DNA of 64,000 nt. Source: an uncultured Pseudobdellovibrionaceae bacterium. Its GTDB lineage: Bacteria; Bdellovibrionota; Bdellovibrionia; Bdellovibrionales; UBA1609. A model generated the notes under the pieces. The model was given only the letters and a program-made list of their open reading frames with translations. It was not told the DNA's origin and did not search any database. Below are positions 40,669-51,151 of this stretch, piece after piece (within the stretch, counting starts at the first letter, position 1; each line of letters starts with the position of its first letter). The stretch spans positions 416,001 through 480,000 of the forward strand of contig CAWDNU010000001.1 of NCBI GenBank assembly GCA_963803705.1. The letters are read 5' to 3'. The translations under genes were made by a program, and so were the position numbers.

Positions 40669-41949
40669 TTATTTTATTAGATTAGACGCAAAGTCCTTTT
40701 GCTCTGGAGACACATAGATACGTTCGATCATTCTTATCTTTTCGTAACGGCTGAAGATTTCAGTGGTGTCTTGAATTTTAGTGGGAGCAATAGATTTATC
40801 ATATTGTTCCAGTACATAAATATTGTAAGCCAAATCCTGATTTGTAGCGCCGTGATACTTACTTAGGCGGGCTTCAGAGCTTACGTAGATTAAATCAACG
40901 TCTTTGCTCTTCAGCGTTTTTTTAATTTGTTCTATTTTTTCACTACCATCGTCGGAATGAGTTTCATATAGCACTTTATAGGGCTCACGATTAGCGATTC
41001 GTTTAGCCCATATACTTTTATTTTGCGCTTCATTTAAATGTTCATACAAAGAATAATCAGTGCATTTTATATATTTGTCCAAAATAGCAGGAAGTTTAAA
41101 GGTGCAATCTGGCGAATCTAAATACCTAGTTAACATTTCTTCGTAAATAATAGCTTTGTGGTGAAAATAGACCATCAGGTGCATATGGTGTCGGGATAAT
41201 AAAAAATCATCAAATGTATAAAGAGCCCTACGATTTATTGCAAGATGCAATTTATCTTTAACCTGAGTGTAGGTCAGATTTGCAATCAACCATGAAAGCT
41301 CAATATTTCCATAGTTTGTGCCGCAGAAATAAGCGTCTCTTAGCAAATAGTCCATACGATCTACGTCTAATTCAGAACTGACAAGTTGACTTAGAATCGG
41401 TCTGAAATCAACACCATCAATCACGAAGAAATCATCGCCGGCTATGATTTCTGAATCCACGAGTGCAGCTACATGTTCAGGTTCAAATTCTCCGTAGGCT
41501 TTTATAATATTGGCAATTTCTGATTCAGTGACAAAAGCAATTGTGTAATCTTCATGATTAGCTTTTCTATCCTGATTGCGTTTTTGTAAATTAAAAATTT
41601 TAATATTCAACTCTGATAACTGCGGCATTACAACTTCAGTGGTGTGACTAAGCGGACCATGGCCAATATCGTGCAGTAAAGCAGCAAGCTTCACGCACTG
41701 TCGAAGACTATCTTTTGTTTTAAAATCCTTAAATGGATAGTTTCTGAATATTGTGTCAAAAGCGACTCCGGCCAAATGGCTAACCCCTACAGAATGTAGA
41801 AATCGATTATGAGTGGCCCCTGGAAAACTAAATTCAGCAAACCCTAATTGCTTGATGGCTCTTAGACGTTGATATTCTAGGGAATCACAAACTTTAACCT
41901 CGATGGGTGTTAGTGCAATTGAGCCATGAATCGGATCACGAATTTCCAT
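40669..41949 (-). CDS. HD-domain phosphohydrolase (dNTP triphosphohydrolase-like)
   Basis: RDPIHG, QRLRAIKQLG, HNRFLHS, LLHDIGHGPLSH, DVDRMDYL. Confidence 0.92.
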   Translation of the reverse strand: MEIRDPIHGSIALTPIEVKVCDSLEYQRLRAIKQLGFAEFSFPGATHNRFLHSVGVSHLAGVAFDTIFRNYPFKDFKTKDSLRQCVKLAALLHDIGHGPLSHTTEVVMPQLSELNIKIFNLQKRNQDRKANHEDYTIAFVTESEIANIIKAYGEFEPEHVAALVDSEIIAGDDFFVIDGVDFRPILSQLVSSELDVDRMDYLLRDAYFCGTNYGNIELSWLIANLTYTQVKDKLHLAINRRALYTFDDFLLSRHHMHLMVYFHHKAIIYEEMLTRYLDSPDCTFKLPAILDKYIKCTDYSLYEHLNEAQNKSIWAKRIANREPYKVLYETHSDDGSEKIEQIKKTLKSKDVDLIYVSSEARLSKYHGATNQDLAYNIYVLEQYDKSIAPTKIQDTTEIFSRYEKIRMIERIYVSPEQKDFASNLIK

Positions 41950-42058
41950 AGCCTAAGTTTTAGGAAGCGCAGCCCCAAAGGTCAATCTTTAGGCTTTGCA
42001 TTGCACTGCAAGGCACCTTTTAGGCCAATTTAAGAAACATTGTTAAATGAATTCCAGG

Positions 42059-42197
42059 AAATATTTGTCTTAATTTATATTCAATGTCAGCATGAAAAGT
42101 GAGTTCGGATTGGGACCTTTGGTGTTAGCTAAAAAAGACCAGCCGTATGTTCGAGCCTTTTCATGCTGACATTGAATATAAATTAAGACAAATATTT
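42059..42197. repeat. Long hairpin element copy A: 41-bp perfect arms, 57-nt core
   Basis: Arms 42059-42099 / 42157-42197; core TGAGTTC...TGTTCGAGC. Confidence 0.9.
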
Positions 42198-42242
42198 GCT
42201 ACAAACTGTTTTAATAACAAGTTTAAAAAATGGAGATTTTAT

Positions 42243-43037
42243 ATGAAGTCATATTTAGATCTTATGGAAAAAGTTTATGTCCAAGGGTTGGATCGAAAAG
42301 ATAGAACCGGCACTGGCACGCGCAGCCTTTTTGGTCATCAACTTCGTTATGATCTTAAGGAAGGCTTTCCGCTAGTAACGACTAAAAAGGTACATTTGAA
42401 GTCGATTATTTATGAGCTTCTTTGGTTCTTAAAAGGTGACACTAATGTTAAGTATCTTCAAGAAAATGGGGTTCGCATCTGGAATGACTGGGCTGACCAA
42501 ACCGGAGATCTTGGCCGGGTTTACGGAGCCCAGTGGCGATCATGGCAAGGACCAAACGGCAAAGTAGTAGATCAAATTACTAATGTAATTGAGTCTATTA
42601 AAACTAATCCATCTTCTAGAAGACACTTAGTGGTTGCTTTTAATCCTGGCGAGATTGACCAAATGGCACTTCCTCCGTGTCATGCGTTTTTCCAGTTCTA
42701 TGTTGGTGATGGAACCCTTAGTTGTCAGCTTTATCAAAGAAGTGCTGATATTTTTTTAGGAGTTCCATTTAATATTGCAAGTTATGCCTTACTTACTCTG
42801 ATGATGGCACAGGTCTGTGATTTAACCCCGGGTGACTTTGTTCACACATTTGGAGACGCACATATTTACCACAATCATTTTGATCAGGTTAAAACTCAAC
42901 TTCAAAGACAGCCTAAGCCACTACCTAGAATGATCTTAAATCAGTCAGTAAAAGATCTGTTTGAGTTTGATTTTAATGATTTCACCTTGTTGGATTACAA
43001 GCCAGATCCAGCAATAAAAGCTTCAGTGTCTATATAG
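42243..43037 (+). CDS. thyA: Thymidylate synthase
   Basis: [35 protein letters not shown] before ATG 42243. Confidence 0.97.
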   Translation: MKSYLDLMEKVYVQGLDRKDRTGTGTRSLFGHQLRYDLKEGFPLVTTKKVHLKSIIYELLWFLKGDTNVKYLQENGVRIWNDWADQTGDLGRVYGAQWRSWQGPNGKVVDQITNVIESIKTNPSSRRHLVVAFNPGEIDQMALPPCHAFFQFYVGDGTLSCQLYQRSADIFLGVPFNIASYALLTLMMAQVCDLTPGDFVHTFGDAHIYHNHFDQVKTQLQRQPKPLPRMILNQSVKDLFEFDFNDFTLLDYKPDPAIKASVSI

Positions 43038-43054
43038 GTCGACGGGAATATATA

Positions 43055-43564
43055 ATGATATTAAGTCACATAGTTGCTGTTAGTGAAAATCAAGCCATCG
43101 GTGTAAAAAATGGTCTTCCGTGGAATGTACCGGAAGATTTAAAGTTTTTTAAACAAAAAACTTTGAATTCAATCCTACTTATGGGTCGAAAAACTTTTGA
43201 TAGTATTGGACGCCCCTTGCCTAAAAGAACCACGATAGTTATCTCTAGATCTTCAAAGCCTGATAACTACCCCCAAGACTTGTATTGGGTGTCTTCTATA
43301 GAAGCAGCTCTTGAAAAGGCAAACTTGCTTGCTAAAGAAAAAAATAAACAAGAGATATTTATCGCGGGTGGCGGTGAAATATATAAGCAATCTATGTCTT
43401 TAATTAATAAAATTTATCTGACAAAAATACATATAAGTGTGGACGCAGACGCTTACTACCCTGAGGTTCCAGAAAAAGACTTTAAAATTGTATCTAAAAA
43501 ATCATCAAGTGATGACAAACACTCTTACACATTCTATGAATACGAACGTGAAGTTAAGGTTTAG
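43055..43564 (+). CDS. folA: Dihydrofolate reductase
   Basis: LPWNVPEDLKFF, MGRKTF, RPLPKR, GGGEIY. Confidence 0.96.
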   Translation: MILSHIVAVSENQAIGVKNGLPWNVPEDLKFFKQKTLNSILLMGRKTFDSIGRPLPKRTTIVISRSSKPDNYPQDLYWVSSIEAALEKANLLAKEKNKQEIFIAGGGEIYKQSMSLINKIYLTKIHISVDADAYYPEVPEKDFKIVSKKSSSDDKHSYTFYEYEREVKV

Positions 43565-43620
43565 TGTGCGTAAGCCATTCTGGACCATACCTTAATATAT
43601 AATTGAATCGAGGTTCTTTT

Positions 43621-44874
43621 TTGAATGTAGCAATATTAGGCTCTGGTGGGCGAGAGCACGCCCTTTTAAAAGCCTTAAGTCAAAGCTCCAAAGTAGAAAA
43701 AATTGTGTGCGTACCAGGTTCAGATGGTATCGCCCTAGAGTTTGAATGTAAGAACATTTCTTTAGAAGCCGAAAACGAGTTGATTGAATTTTTTAACAAT
43801 GAAAAAGTCGAATTCGTAATTATTGGCCCAGAAGATCCTTTGGTTTCTGGTCTTGCAGATACCCTACGAAAAAATGGATTTAAAGTTTTTGGACCAGGGG
43901 CAGAGGGTGCACGCCTTGAAGGTAGTAAGATTTACTCTAAAAATTTCATGCGAGCAGCAAACATACCGACAGCTGGTTTTGCTATTGCTCGGACAAAACT
44001 TGAGTCCATGCAATGCTACAAAAATTTTAAGTTTCCACTGGTTGTTAAAGCAGATGTCTTAGCCGCTGGTAAAGGTGTTTACATCTGTCAGTCAGAGGCA
44101 GAATATTTTGCTGCCATCGAAGTAATCTTTGATCAAAAAAAATTTGGTGTTTCCGAGGTGTTGATTGAAGAGTATATCTCAGGTTGGGAATTGAGCTACA
44201 TTTGCATAACTAACGGTTTAGATTATCAAGTTTGCCCCTTAACACAAGATCATAAAGCATTAAGAGATGCCGGGGTTGGACCCAATACGGGTGGCATGGG
44301 TGTTTTTGGTCCTGTGGACATAGGTAAAGAGCTAGAAGATAAAATTAACAGCACAATTGTAGAGCCAACTTTAAAAGAACTTAGACAGAGAAAAATTGAT
44401 TTTTCTGGTGCCTTATTTATAGGTCTAATGATTGAAAACCAAAACCCTTATGTTCTTGAATACAATGTCCGATTTGGTGATCCTGAAACGCAGATCATAA
44501 TGCCCCTTATAGACGGTGATATTTTCGAGATCTTATACTCTAGCGTCGTGGGTCCCCTTATGACCGTCAAAAAGAAGAAAGATGTGTACGCCGCATGTGT
44601 TGTGCTCGCAGCCGAAGGTTACCCTGACAACGCGCTTAAAGGTAGTAAAATAGAGCTTCTTGATCTAAGCCAAAACTTAGAACAATACTTTATTTTTTCT
44701 GGCGTAAAATCGCTCGCAAATAAGTTAGTCGTTAACGGTGGACGGGTGATGGGCGCTGTGGGCATTGGAAATTCAAAAACAGATGCCATTGATAAGGCTT
44801 ATGCTCAAAGCGAAAAAGTCATTTGGAAAGGTCTTCAAAAGCGTTCAGATATTGGTAACTATTTTAAAAAATGA
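43621..44874 (+). CDS. purD: Phosphoribosylamine--glycine ligase
   Basis: GSGGREHAL, LEGSK, AAGKGV, GPNTGGMG, EYNVRFGDPE. Confidence 0.96.
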   Translation: MNVAILGSGGREHALLKALSQSSKVEKIVCVPGSDGIALEFECKNISLEAENELIEFFNNEKVEFVIIGPEDPLVSGLADTLRKNGFKVFGPGAEGARLEGSKIYSKNFMRAANIPTAGFAIARTKLESMQCYKNFKFPLVVKADVLAAGKGVYICQSEAEYFAAIEVIFDQKKFGVSEVLIEEYISGWELSYICITNGLDYQVCPLTQDHKALRDAGVGPNTGGMGVFGPVDIGKELEDKINSTIVEPTLKELRQRKIDFSGALFIGLMIENQNPYVLEYNVRFGDPETQIIMPLIDGDIFEILYSSVVGPLMTVKKKKDVYAACVVLAAEGYPDNALKGSKIELLDLSQNLEQYFIFSGVKSLANKLVVNGGRVMGAVGIGNSKTDAIDKAYAQSEKVIWKGLQKRSDIGNYFKK

Positions 44875-44893
44875 TATTTATTTGAGTGAAGGT

Positions 44894-46294
44894 CTAACCA
44901 TTTAAATCGTTGTCCTCTTTTAATCCTTTCTTTTTAATTTTTTCTACAAGAGTGGTGCGATTTATCTTAAGAAGATGGGCAGCTTTATTTCTATTCCAAC
45001 CGGTTTTTTCCAAAGCTTTTGTAATAAGTCTATTTTCGAACTCTAGGACTAAAAGATTATAGTCTACCCCAGAGTCAGGGATCTCTATATCATTATTAGT
45101 TCTTTTTACGACTATGTTGGAATATCTAGAAGGTAGGTCTGATAGCTCAATGACTCCTTCTCCGATAATAATCGTCAGCCGCTCTACTAAGTTTTCAAGC
45201 TCCCGTACGTTTCCGGGCCAAGAATAATTTTGTAAAGCTTCAAAAGCTTCAGCCGAAAAGCCTGAAATTCTTTTTTTCTTTTCCTGATTATACTTTTGGA
45301 CAAAATAATTCACCAAAATTGGTAGATCAGATTTTCTATTTTTTAAGGAAGGAATATGAAGGGGTATCACATTTAACCTGAAGAATAGGTCTTCTCTAAA
45401 TAGACCTTTTTTTATCAGTTGTTCTAGATTTTTATGTGTAGCAGCTATCACTCGGGTGTCGATCGTGATGGGTTTGGATGATCCGACACGTTCAATACGT
45501 TTTTCTTGCAAAACTCTTAATAATTTTACTTGAAGCTTAGGACTCATGTCCCCAATCTCATCAAGAAATATGGTGCCATTGTGCGCAAGCTCAAAACGAC
45601 CTTTTCGCTCTTGGTGAGCCCCGGTAAAAGATCCCTTTTCATGACCAAATAGCTCGCTTTCCAGCAAATCTTCAGGAATGGCTCCACAGTTGACGGCTAT
45701 AAAAGATTTTTTAGAGCGATCGGAAGCAAAATGGATTCCTTTAGCAACAAGCTCTTTTCCTGTGCCGCTATCACCAGAAATTAGCACTGTGGAATTTGAA
45801 GGTGCTATTCTCTCTGCTAAATCAATCACTTGTCTCATTTCTCTACTTTTACCGATGATCTGATGAAGGCCAAAGTGCTTATTGAGCTCAGATCTAAGGC
45901 GCTCATTTTCTTCTTTGATTTCCTTATGGGTTAAGGCTTTATCAACCAAGGTTATCATTTCACTGAGTTCAAAAGGTTTAGTTAAAAATTGAAAAACCCC
46001 TCGGCGAGCTGCTGTTAAAGCCACTTCAATGGTTCCAAAGCCAGTTAGTATAATAACTTCACAATCTGGTTGTTCATTTTTTATTTCGGTAAGCAGATCT
46101 AATCCGCTGCCATCTGGTAGCCTAAGGTCAACTATGGCCAAATTAAGTTTCAATTGACTGGCCACTATAGATTCGGCTTCTCTTTTTGTCTGAGCAGTAA
46201 TCACCATGTGATCATATCGTTGTAAAACTTTAGATAAACTCTTTCTAACAATCGAATCGTCATCTACTACAAGAATCTTATAATTACTTTTCAA
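44894..46294 (-). CDS. Sigma54-dependent response regulator (NtrC family)
   Basis: REC domain, GDSGTGKE, ESELFGHEKGSFTGA, WPGNVRELEN, Fis HTH. Confidence 0.95.
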   Translation of the reverse strand: MKSNYKILVVDDDSIVRKSLSKVLQRYDHMVITAQTKREAESIVASQLKLNLAIVDLRLPDGSGLDLLTEIKNEQPDCEVIILTGFGTIEVALTAARRGVFQFLTKPFELSEMITLVDKALTHKEIKEENERLRSELNKHFGLHQIIGKSREMRQVIDLAERIAPSNSTVLISGDSGTGKELVAKGIHFASDRSKKSFIAVNCGAIPEDLLESELFGHEKGSFTGAHQERKGRFELAHNGTIFLDEIGDMSPKLQVKLLRVLQEKRIERVGSSKPITIDTRVIAATHKNLEQLIKKGLFREDLFFRLNVIPLHIPSLKNRKSDLPILVNYFVQKYNQEKKKRISGFSAEAFEALQNYSWPGNVRELENLVERLTIIIGEGVIELSDLPSRYSNIVVKRTNNDIEIPDSGVDYNLLVLEFENRLITKALEKTGWNRNKAAHLLKINRTTLVEKIKKKGLKEDNDLNG

Positions 46295-46405
46295 TAAATC
46301 CCCTTACCTTTGCTACTAGAGCCTCTTACACTTCTAATCATAAAGATTTTAAAAATGTCCGTCAAATTTTTAACAGGACTAAAGTGTAGCGACATAACAA
46401 CGAAG

Positions 46406-47812
46406 TTATAAATCTAGATTTAAACTTTTATTATTTCGGACGCTTATTAGAATTGACTCTATGACTTGTTTACAGTCCAGAGCCGCATCTAGAAGATCCT
46501 GAATATCAGCAAGAGCGTTTGCTGGGGTGCTATCTGGCTCACTAAGTATCAGTTGCAAAAAAGTAATAATGCCTGCAAGGGGATTGTTTAGCTCATGAGC
46601 CAGACTACCAGCCAAAATACCGAGGTCAGATAATTTGGCTTTTTCTAGAATCTTTAATTCTATTGATTTTCGTTCAGTGATATTCTCATAGATATTGATA
46701 AAAGTATCGTTTCTATGATCATGAGTCTTAATTTTTTGACTTGTTACACTGATCCATTCTGATTTGTTTTTTAGCTCAAAATTTTTCCCTAGTTGGCAAC
46801 CTTCGCATGGTCTTTCAGCTTTAAATAGAAGTTCATAGCATTTCTTTGGTGCTTCATCCGTATCGAAGTTGCTATTGAGCAAATTAAATTTTGAATCCAC
46901 AATTGTGACCTGATGCTTGATGGCTTTAAAGGTTTGCTGCCATTGAGACTGTGTAACCAAAAGGTCAGCGTAATTTGTGACTTGGTTTATTTTAATACTT
47001 ACAATTTCGCTCAGCTGAAGCAAAAACGATTCCTCTTTTTTCATAAAATTTGAATTCATTTTAGCGAAGTAAATGTGACCAATACTCTTTTGGCTAAAAT
47101 GTAATGGAGTTCCAAATATTCTATATTTCTTTTGGTTTTCTATTATAAATGTTTCGCTATAAACCTCTTTGGATCCAACCAAGATTCTAATCCACTTCGT
47201 TTTAAAGTAAGGTTCTAGTTTCAGAGTCAGAAAATCTTCAATTTCGGGTATATTCTTTGAATCTTGTACTCCAAGGATACATTCATAAAGTAGGTTTAAT
47301 TGCTCTTGAATTGAGATAAGCCTATCTTGTGACCTTCTAAGGCTTTTGTTTTTTATGACAACACGGTCTTCAAGCTCTTTGTTAAGCTCTCTTAGTTTTA
47401 CACCTTGCTCTTGAAATAATAAATAAAAGTTGTTGTTTTGCTGGTGATAATCGTACTTTCTTAATGCAGTTAAAATTGATTTTTCTACATCTTGAATATT
47501 ATAGTTTTCGGTCTCGTAAATCGCGTGGGGATTGAGAGTAGAAATCAAAGTATTCCTTAATTCAGTTTCAAAATTATCGATTATAACAATAACTTCTGTT
47601 TGAAGGGTTTGAACCTCCAGGGATCTAAATAGTAGCTCTAAATCATCAGCGCTTAGATCTTGAGTATTGATGATCAGAACTTTGGCGATTTGATCATCAA
47701 GGTAAGGTAAAACAAACTTTAACTCTAAGTGTTTCGTAAGCTCAAAATCATTAGATAAATCAAGCTGTTTTCCCCATAGTAAAATATTTGAAAAGCCTCT
47801 AGTTTCAGCCAT
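46406..47812 (-). CDS. Sensor protein ending in a HisKA (DHp) domain, with no ATPase domain
   Basis: H-box LAHELNNPL about 60 aa from the C-terminus; no N/G boxes. Confidence 0.8.
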   Translation of the reverse strand: MAETRGFSNILLWGKQLDLSNDFELTKHLELKFVLPYLDDQIAKVLIINTQDLSADDLELLFRSLEVQTLQTEVIVIIDNFETELRNTLISTLNPHAIYETENYNIQDVEKSILTALRKYDYHQQNNNFYLLFQEQGVKLRELNKELEDRVVIKNKSLRRSQDRLISIQEQLNLLYECILGVQDSKNIPEIEDFLTLKLEPYFKTKWIRILVGSKEVYSETFIIENQKKYRIFGTPLHFSQKSIGHIYFAKMNSNFMKKEESFLLQLSEIVSIKINQVTNYADLLVTQSQWQQTFKAIKHQVTIVDSKFNLLNSNFDTDEAPKKCYELLFKAERPCEGCQLGKNFELKNKSEWISVTSQKIKTHDHRNDTFINIYENITERKSIELKILEKAKLSDLGILAGSLAHELNNPLAGIITFLQLILSEPDSTPANALADIQDLLDAALDCKQVIESILISVRNNKSLNLDL

Positions 47813-47954
47813 ATCTTATCTTCCATAAAAACTTCATAGAGTTAAATAGCAAATAGACTAGTTTGTTGTGAATTAGCTACAAAAAGTGTTAGATTTGACC
47901 GTATATAGCTAGTTGCTAAAGTCGTCACTTACAGTTTGTCAGGGGAGTTATTCA

Positions 47955-49307
47955 ATGAATTGGGATTCAATTATCTTAGCAGCTGGTGAAGGCACTCGGA
48001 TGTTATCGAAGACTCCGAAGGTTATGCAAAAAGTTGCCGGTCAGCCGATGATCGTAAGGATAATAGAGGCCCTGAACTCTGCAGGAACGAAGAACATCCA
48101 TGTGGTCATTTCAAAGAAGATCGAGAAGGAAATTATTCCTTTGAAATCAATTTACAATAATATATTTTATCACATCCAAAAGGAACCCAATGGGACAGCG
48201 GATGCGGTAAGTAGTGTAGATTCAGAACTTAGTGATTATGTTCTTGTCTGTAATGGTGACCACCCGCTAGTGAATCAACAAGATATAAAGGCTTTTATTC
48301 TTGAAGCAGAGTCATCAAATTCAGAGTTCAGTGTAGCAACATTAGATATCGCAGAGCCTGGGGTATTTGGGCGGGTACTTTTACAAAATAAAAATTTTGC
48401 TACAGAAATTATAGAAGCGAAACATTGTAACGAGGATCAACTAAAAGTTAAATCAGTTAACTCAGGATTTTACTATGGAAAGTCCAGCCTTTTATCTGAT
48501 TTTTTAGATACTAACCCCAGTGATGCAACAAAAGAGTTCTACTTAACAGATATAGTTAAATATTTGACCTTGAAAAATATAAAAGTATCAGCGGTCAAAG
48601 TCTCAGAAGATATAGGTTTTGGTGTGAATGATCCCGTGGCACTAAGCTTAGCGAACCAAAAAGCTTATTTGCAAATAAACCAAACTTTGATGAAAAAAGG
48701 CGTAAGGTTTATTAATCCAAGTCTTAGTTTTATTGATCAGAATGTCGAAGTAGAAAATGATGTAACAATATTTCCTAATGTTTTTATCAGCGGCGCCTCT
48801 AAAATTCAATGCGGGACTACCATAGAAGCCGGTGCTCATATTATAAATAGTTTGGTTGGCCCTGATTCAGTAATTAAAGCAGGCTGTTACATAGAGCATG
48901 CAGAAATTTTGGGTGGATCTAGTATAGGACCTTACGCACATCTGCGGAAAGGTAGTACAATTCATCCCAACGTAAAGGTTGGAAACTTTGCCGAAATTAA
49001 AAACTCGGTATTGTATCCCGGTGTAAAGGCTGGCCATCAATGCTACCTCGGAGATTCAGAAGTCGGAGAAAACACGAACATAGGCGCTGGAACGATCACT
49101 TGTAATTTTGCAGCAGACGGTAAAAAGCATAAAACTATTATCGGTAAAAACGTGTTTGTGGGTAGTGACACGCAAATAGTTCCCCCGGTCACCTTAGAAG
49201 ATAACTGTGTGATAGCCGCTGGTTCTACCGTTACTAAAAATGTTGAAGCAAAAAGTTTGTACGTAACTCGCGCTAAGTCAGTCATCAAATCAAATTATAG
49301 GAAGTAG
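47955..49307 (+). CDS. glmU: Bifunctional GlmU
   Basis: ILAAGEGTRM, hexapeptide repeats, NIGAGTITCN; GGGGAG RBS. Confidence 0.96.
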   Translation: MNWDSIILAAGEGTRMLSKTPKVMQKVAGQPMIVRIIEALNSAGTKNIHVVISKKIEKEIIPLKSIYNNIFYHIQKEPNGTADAVSSVDSELSDYVLVCNGDHPLVNQQDIKAFILEAESSNSEFSVATLDIAEPGVFGRVLLQNKNFATEIIEAKHCNEDQLKVKSVNSGFYYGKSSLLSDFLDTNPSDATKEFYLTDIVKYLTLKNIKVSAVKVSEDIGFGVNDPVALSLANQKAYLQINQTLMKKGVRFINPSLSFIDQNVEVENDVTIFPNVFISGASKIQCGTTIEAGAHIINSLVGPDSVIKAGCYIEHAEILGGSSIGPYAHLRKGSTIHPNVKVGNFAEIKNSVLYPGVKAGHQCYLGDSEVGENTNIGAGTITCNFAADGKKHKTIIGKNVFVGSDTQIVPPVTLEDNCVIAAGSTVTKNVEAKSLYVTRAKSVIKSNYRK

Positions 49308-49309
49308 AT

Positions 49310-51151
49310 ATGTGTGGCATAGTTGGGTACTTAGGCGCAAAAAGCACTAAGAATATATTGTTCGACGGGTTGAAAGCTTTAGAGTACCGAGGTTATGACA
49401 GTTCAGGGCTTTGTATTTTGAATCAGGGTCAGTTTATAAAGTTTAGGGCACCAGGTAAAATTGTCGAACTTGAAAAAAAAGTTATTGGTAAAAATCTGGA
49501 AGGTCATGTTGGCATAGCGCATACCAGATGGGCAACACATGGTCCGGCTGTTGAAAAAAATGCTCATCCTCATGAGGTCGGTGACATATGTATTGTCCAC
49601 AACGGTATCATTGAAAACTACCATACTATTCGGCAACAACTTATTAAGCGCGGGGCCAAGATAAATTCAGACACAGACTCTGAGCTTGTAGCACATCTAA
49701 TTAACGAACAACTAAAGATAAAGGGCGACTTTTACAAAGCAGTGGTTGAGGCGCGCAAAATGCTTGAAGGCGCATTCGCTGTACTCGTGATTTCGAAAAA
49801 AAATCCAAATGAGTTGATTGCATTTAAATCGGGTCCCCCAATGATTTTGGCAAAAGGAGAAGACGATTTTTATATAGCCAGCGATGTTCAGGCGGTTATT
49901 AAGTACACTAAAACTGTGTACTATTTAAACGACCATGAAATGGTACACATCAAAAATAAAGACGCAAGCGTCACTGATATTCAGGGACAAGAAATACCAA
50001 TTGAATTTGAAACGATTATTTGGAACGCGGAGCAAGTCGATAAGAATGGCTTTGCTCATTATATGTTAAAGGAAATTTATGAACAGCCGAATGCCGTAAG
50101 CTTGGCTTTATTACCACACATTGATTCCGAAACCCAAACATTAAAGATAAGTGGATTTTACGATTCACTAGATCAAACTAATGAATTTTTAAAAAAAATA
50201 AAACGTATTCAAATTATTGCTTGTGGAACAAGTTTTTACGCAGGTATGTACGGGGAATACGTTTTTGAAAAGTTGGCCGGAATTAGTGTCGATATCGATA
50301 TTGCTAGCGAATATCGATATCGAAGTCCAATTATAGATTCTGACACCTTAGTTATTTTTATATCTCAAAGTGGTGAAACTGCGGATACTTTGGCAGCCCT
50401 TCGCTTAGCTAAGTCTGCCGGAGCAAGAACTTTAAGTGTCTGTAACACTTTCAAATCCAGCATAGACCGTGAAAGTGAATTTTCAATTTATATGAACTCA
50501 GGCCCAGAAGTAGGTGTCGCAAGCACAAAAGCTTTTACGTCTACTTTAGCTATCATGGCAACTTTAGGTGTGGCTATAGCCAAAGCCAGGGGTAAGCTAT
50601 CAGAGCAAGACGAAAAAAAGTGGGTTGAAAGTTTACTTAGCCTGCCATTGAAAATGGAGAATGTGCTGGCTTACGACAAATTTTTTAAAAAGGTCAGTCA
50701 TTCACTAAAAAGTAAAAAAGGATTTTTATACATGGGGCGCGGGGTGAATTTTCCAATAGCAATGGAAGGAGCGCTAAAGTTAAAAGAACTTGCATATATG
50801 CATGCAGAAGGCTTTGCTGCTGGTGAGTTAAAGCATGGGCCCATGGCCCTAATTGATGAAGATATGATGATCGTAATTCTATGTCCTGAAGATGACTTGT
50901 ACGATAAGACAATGAGCAACTTAGAAGAGGTAAAAGCTAGGAAGGGCTTGGTAATAGGTTTGGGTGATTTGGGTGACACCAAGCTAGAATCTATGTGTGA
51001 ACATTACCTAGGATTACCGGCGGCGGACTGGATCACCTATCCAATACTGGAAACATTACCCCTTCAACTTTTAGCTTACCACGTAGCCAATAGTTTAGGT
51101 CATGACGTTGATCAACCAAGAAATTTAGCCAAATCCGTAACCGTCGAATAG
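49310..51151 (+). CDS. glmS: Glutamine--fructose-6-phosphate transaminase
   Basis: MCGIVG, HTRWATHG, C-terminal PRNLAKSVTVE. Confidence 0.98.
   Translation: MCGIVGYLGAKSTKNILFDGLKALEYRGYDSSGLCILNQGQFIKFRAPGKIVELEKKVIGKNLEGHVGIAHTRWATHGPAVEKNAHPHEVGDICIVHNGIIENYHTIRQQLIKRGAKINSDTDSELVAHLINEQLKIKGDFYKAVVEARKMLEGAFAVLVISKKNPNELIAFKSGPPMILAKGEDDFYIASDVQAVIKYTKTVYYLNDHEMVHIKNKDASVTDIQGQEIPIEFETIIWNAEQVDKNGFAHYMLKEIYEQPNAVSLALLPHIDSETQTLKISGFYDSLDQTNEFLKKIKRIQIIACGTSFYAGMYGEYVFEKLAGISVDIDIASEYRYRSPIIDSDTLVIFISQSGETADTLAALRLAKSAGARTLSVCNTFKSSIDRESEFSIYMNSGPEVGVASTKAFTSTLAIMATLGVAIAKARGKLSEQDEKKWVESLLSLPLKMENVLAYDKFFKKVSHSLKSKKGFLYMGRGVNFPIAMEGALKLKELAYMHAEGFAAGELKHGPMALIDEDMMIVILCPEDDLYDKTMSNLEEVKARKGLVIGLGDLGDTKLESMCEHYLGLPAADWITYPILETLPLQLLAYHVANSLGHDVDQPRNLAKSVTVE

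Noticed and set aside
42147..42242. N-terminal extension of ThyA in the ORF track
   Set aside because: It runs through the hairpin arm; a good RBS and conserved start lie at 42243
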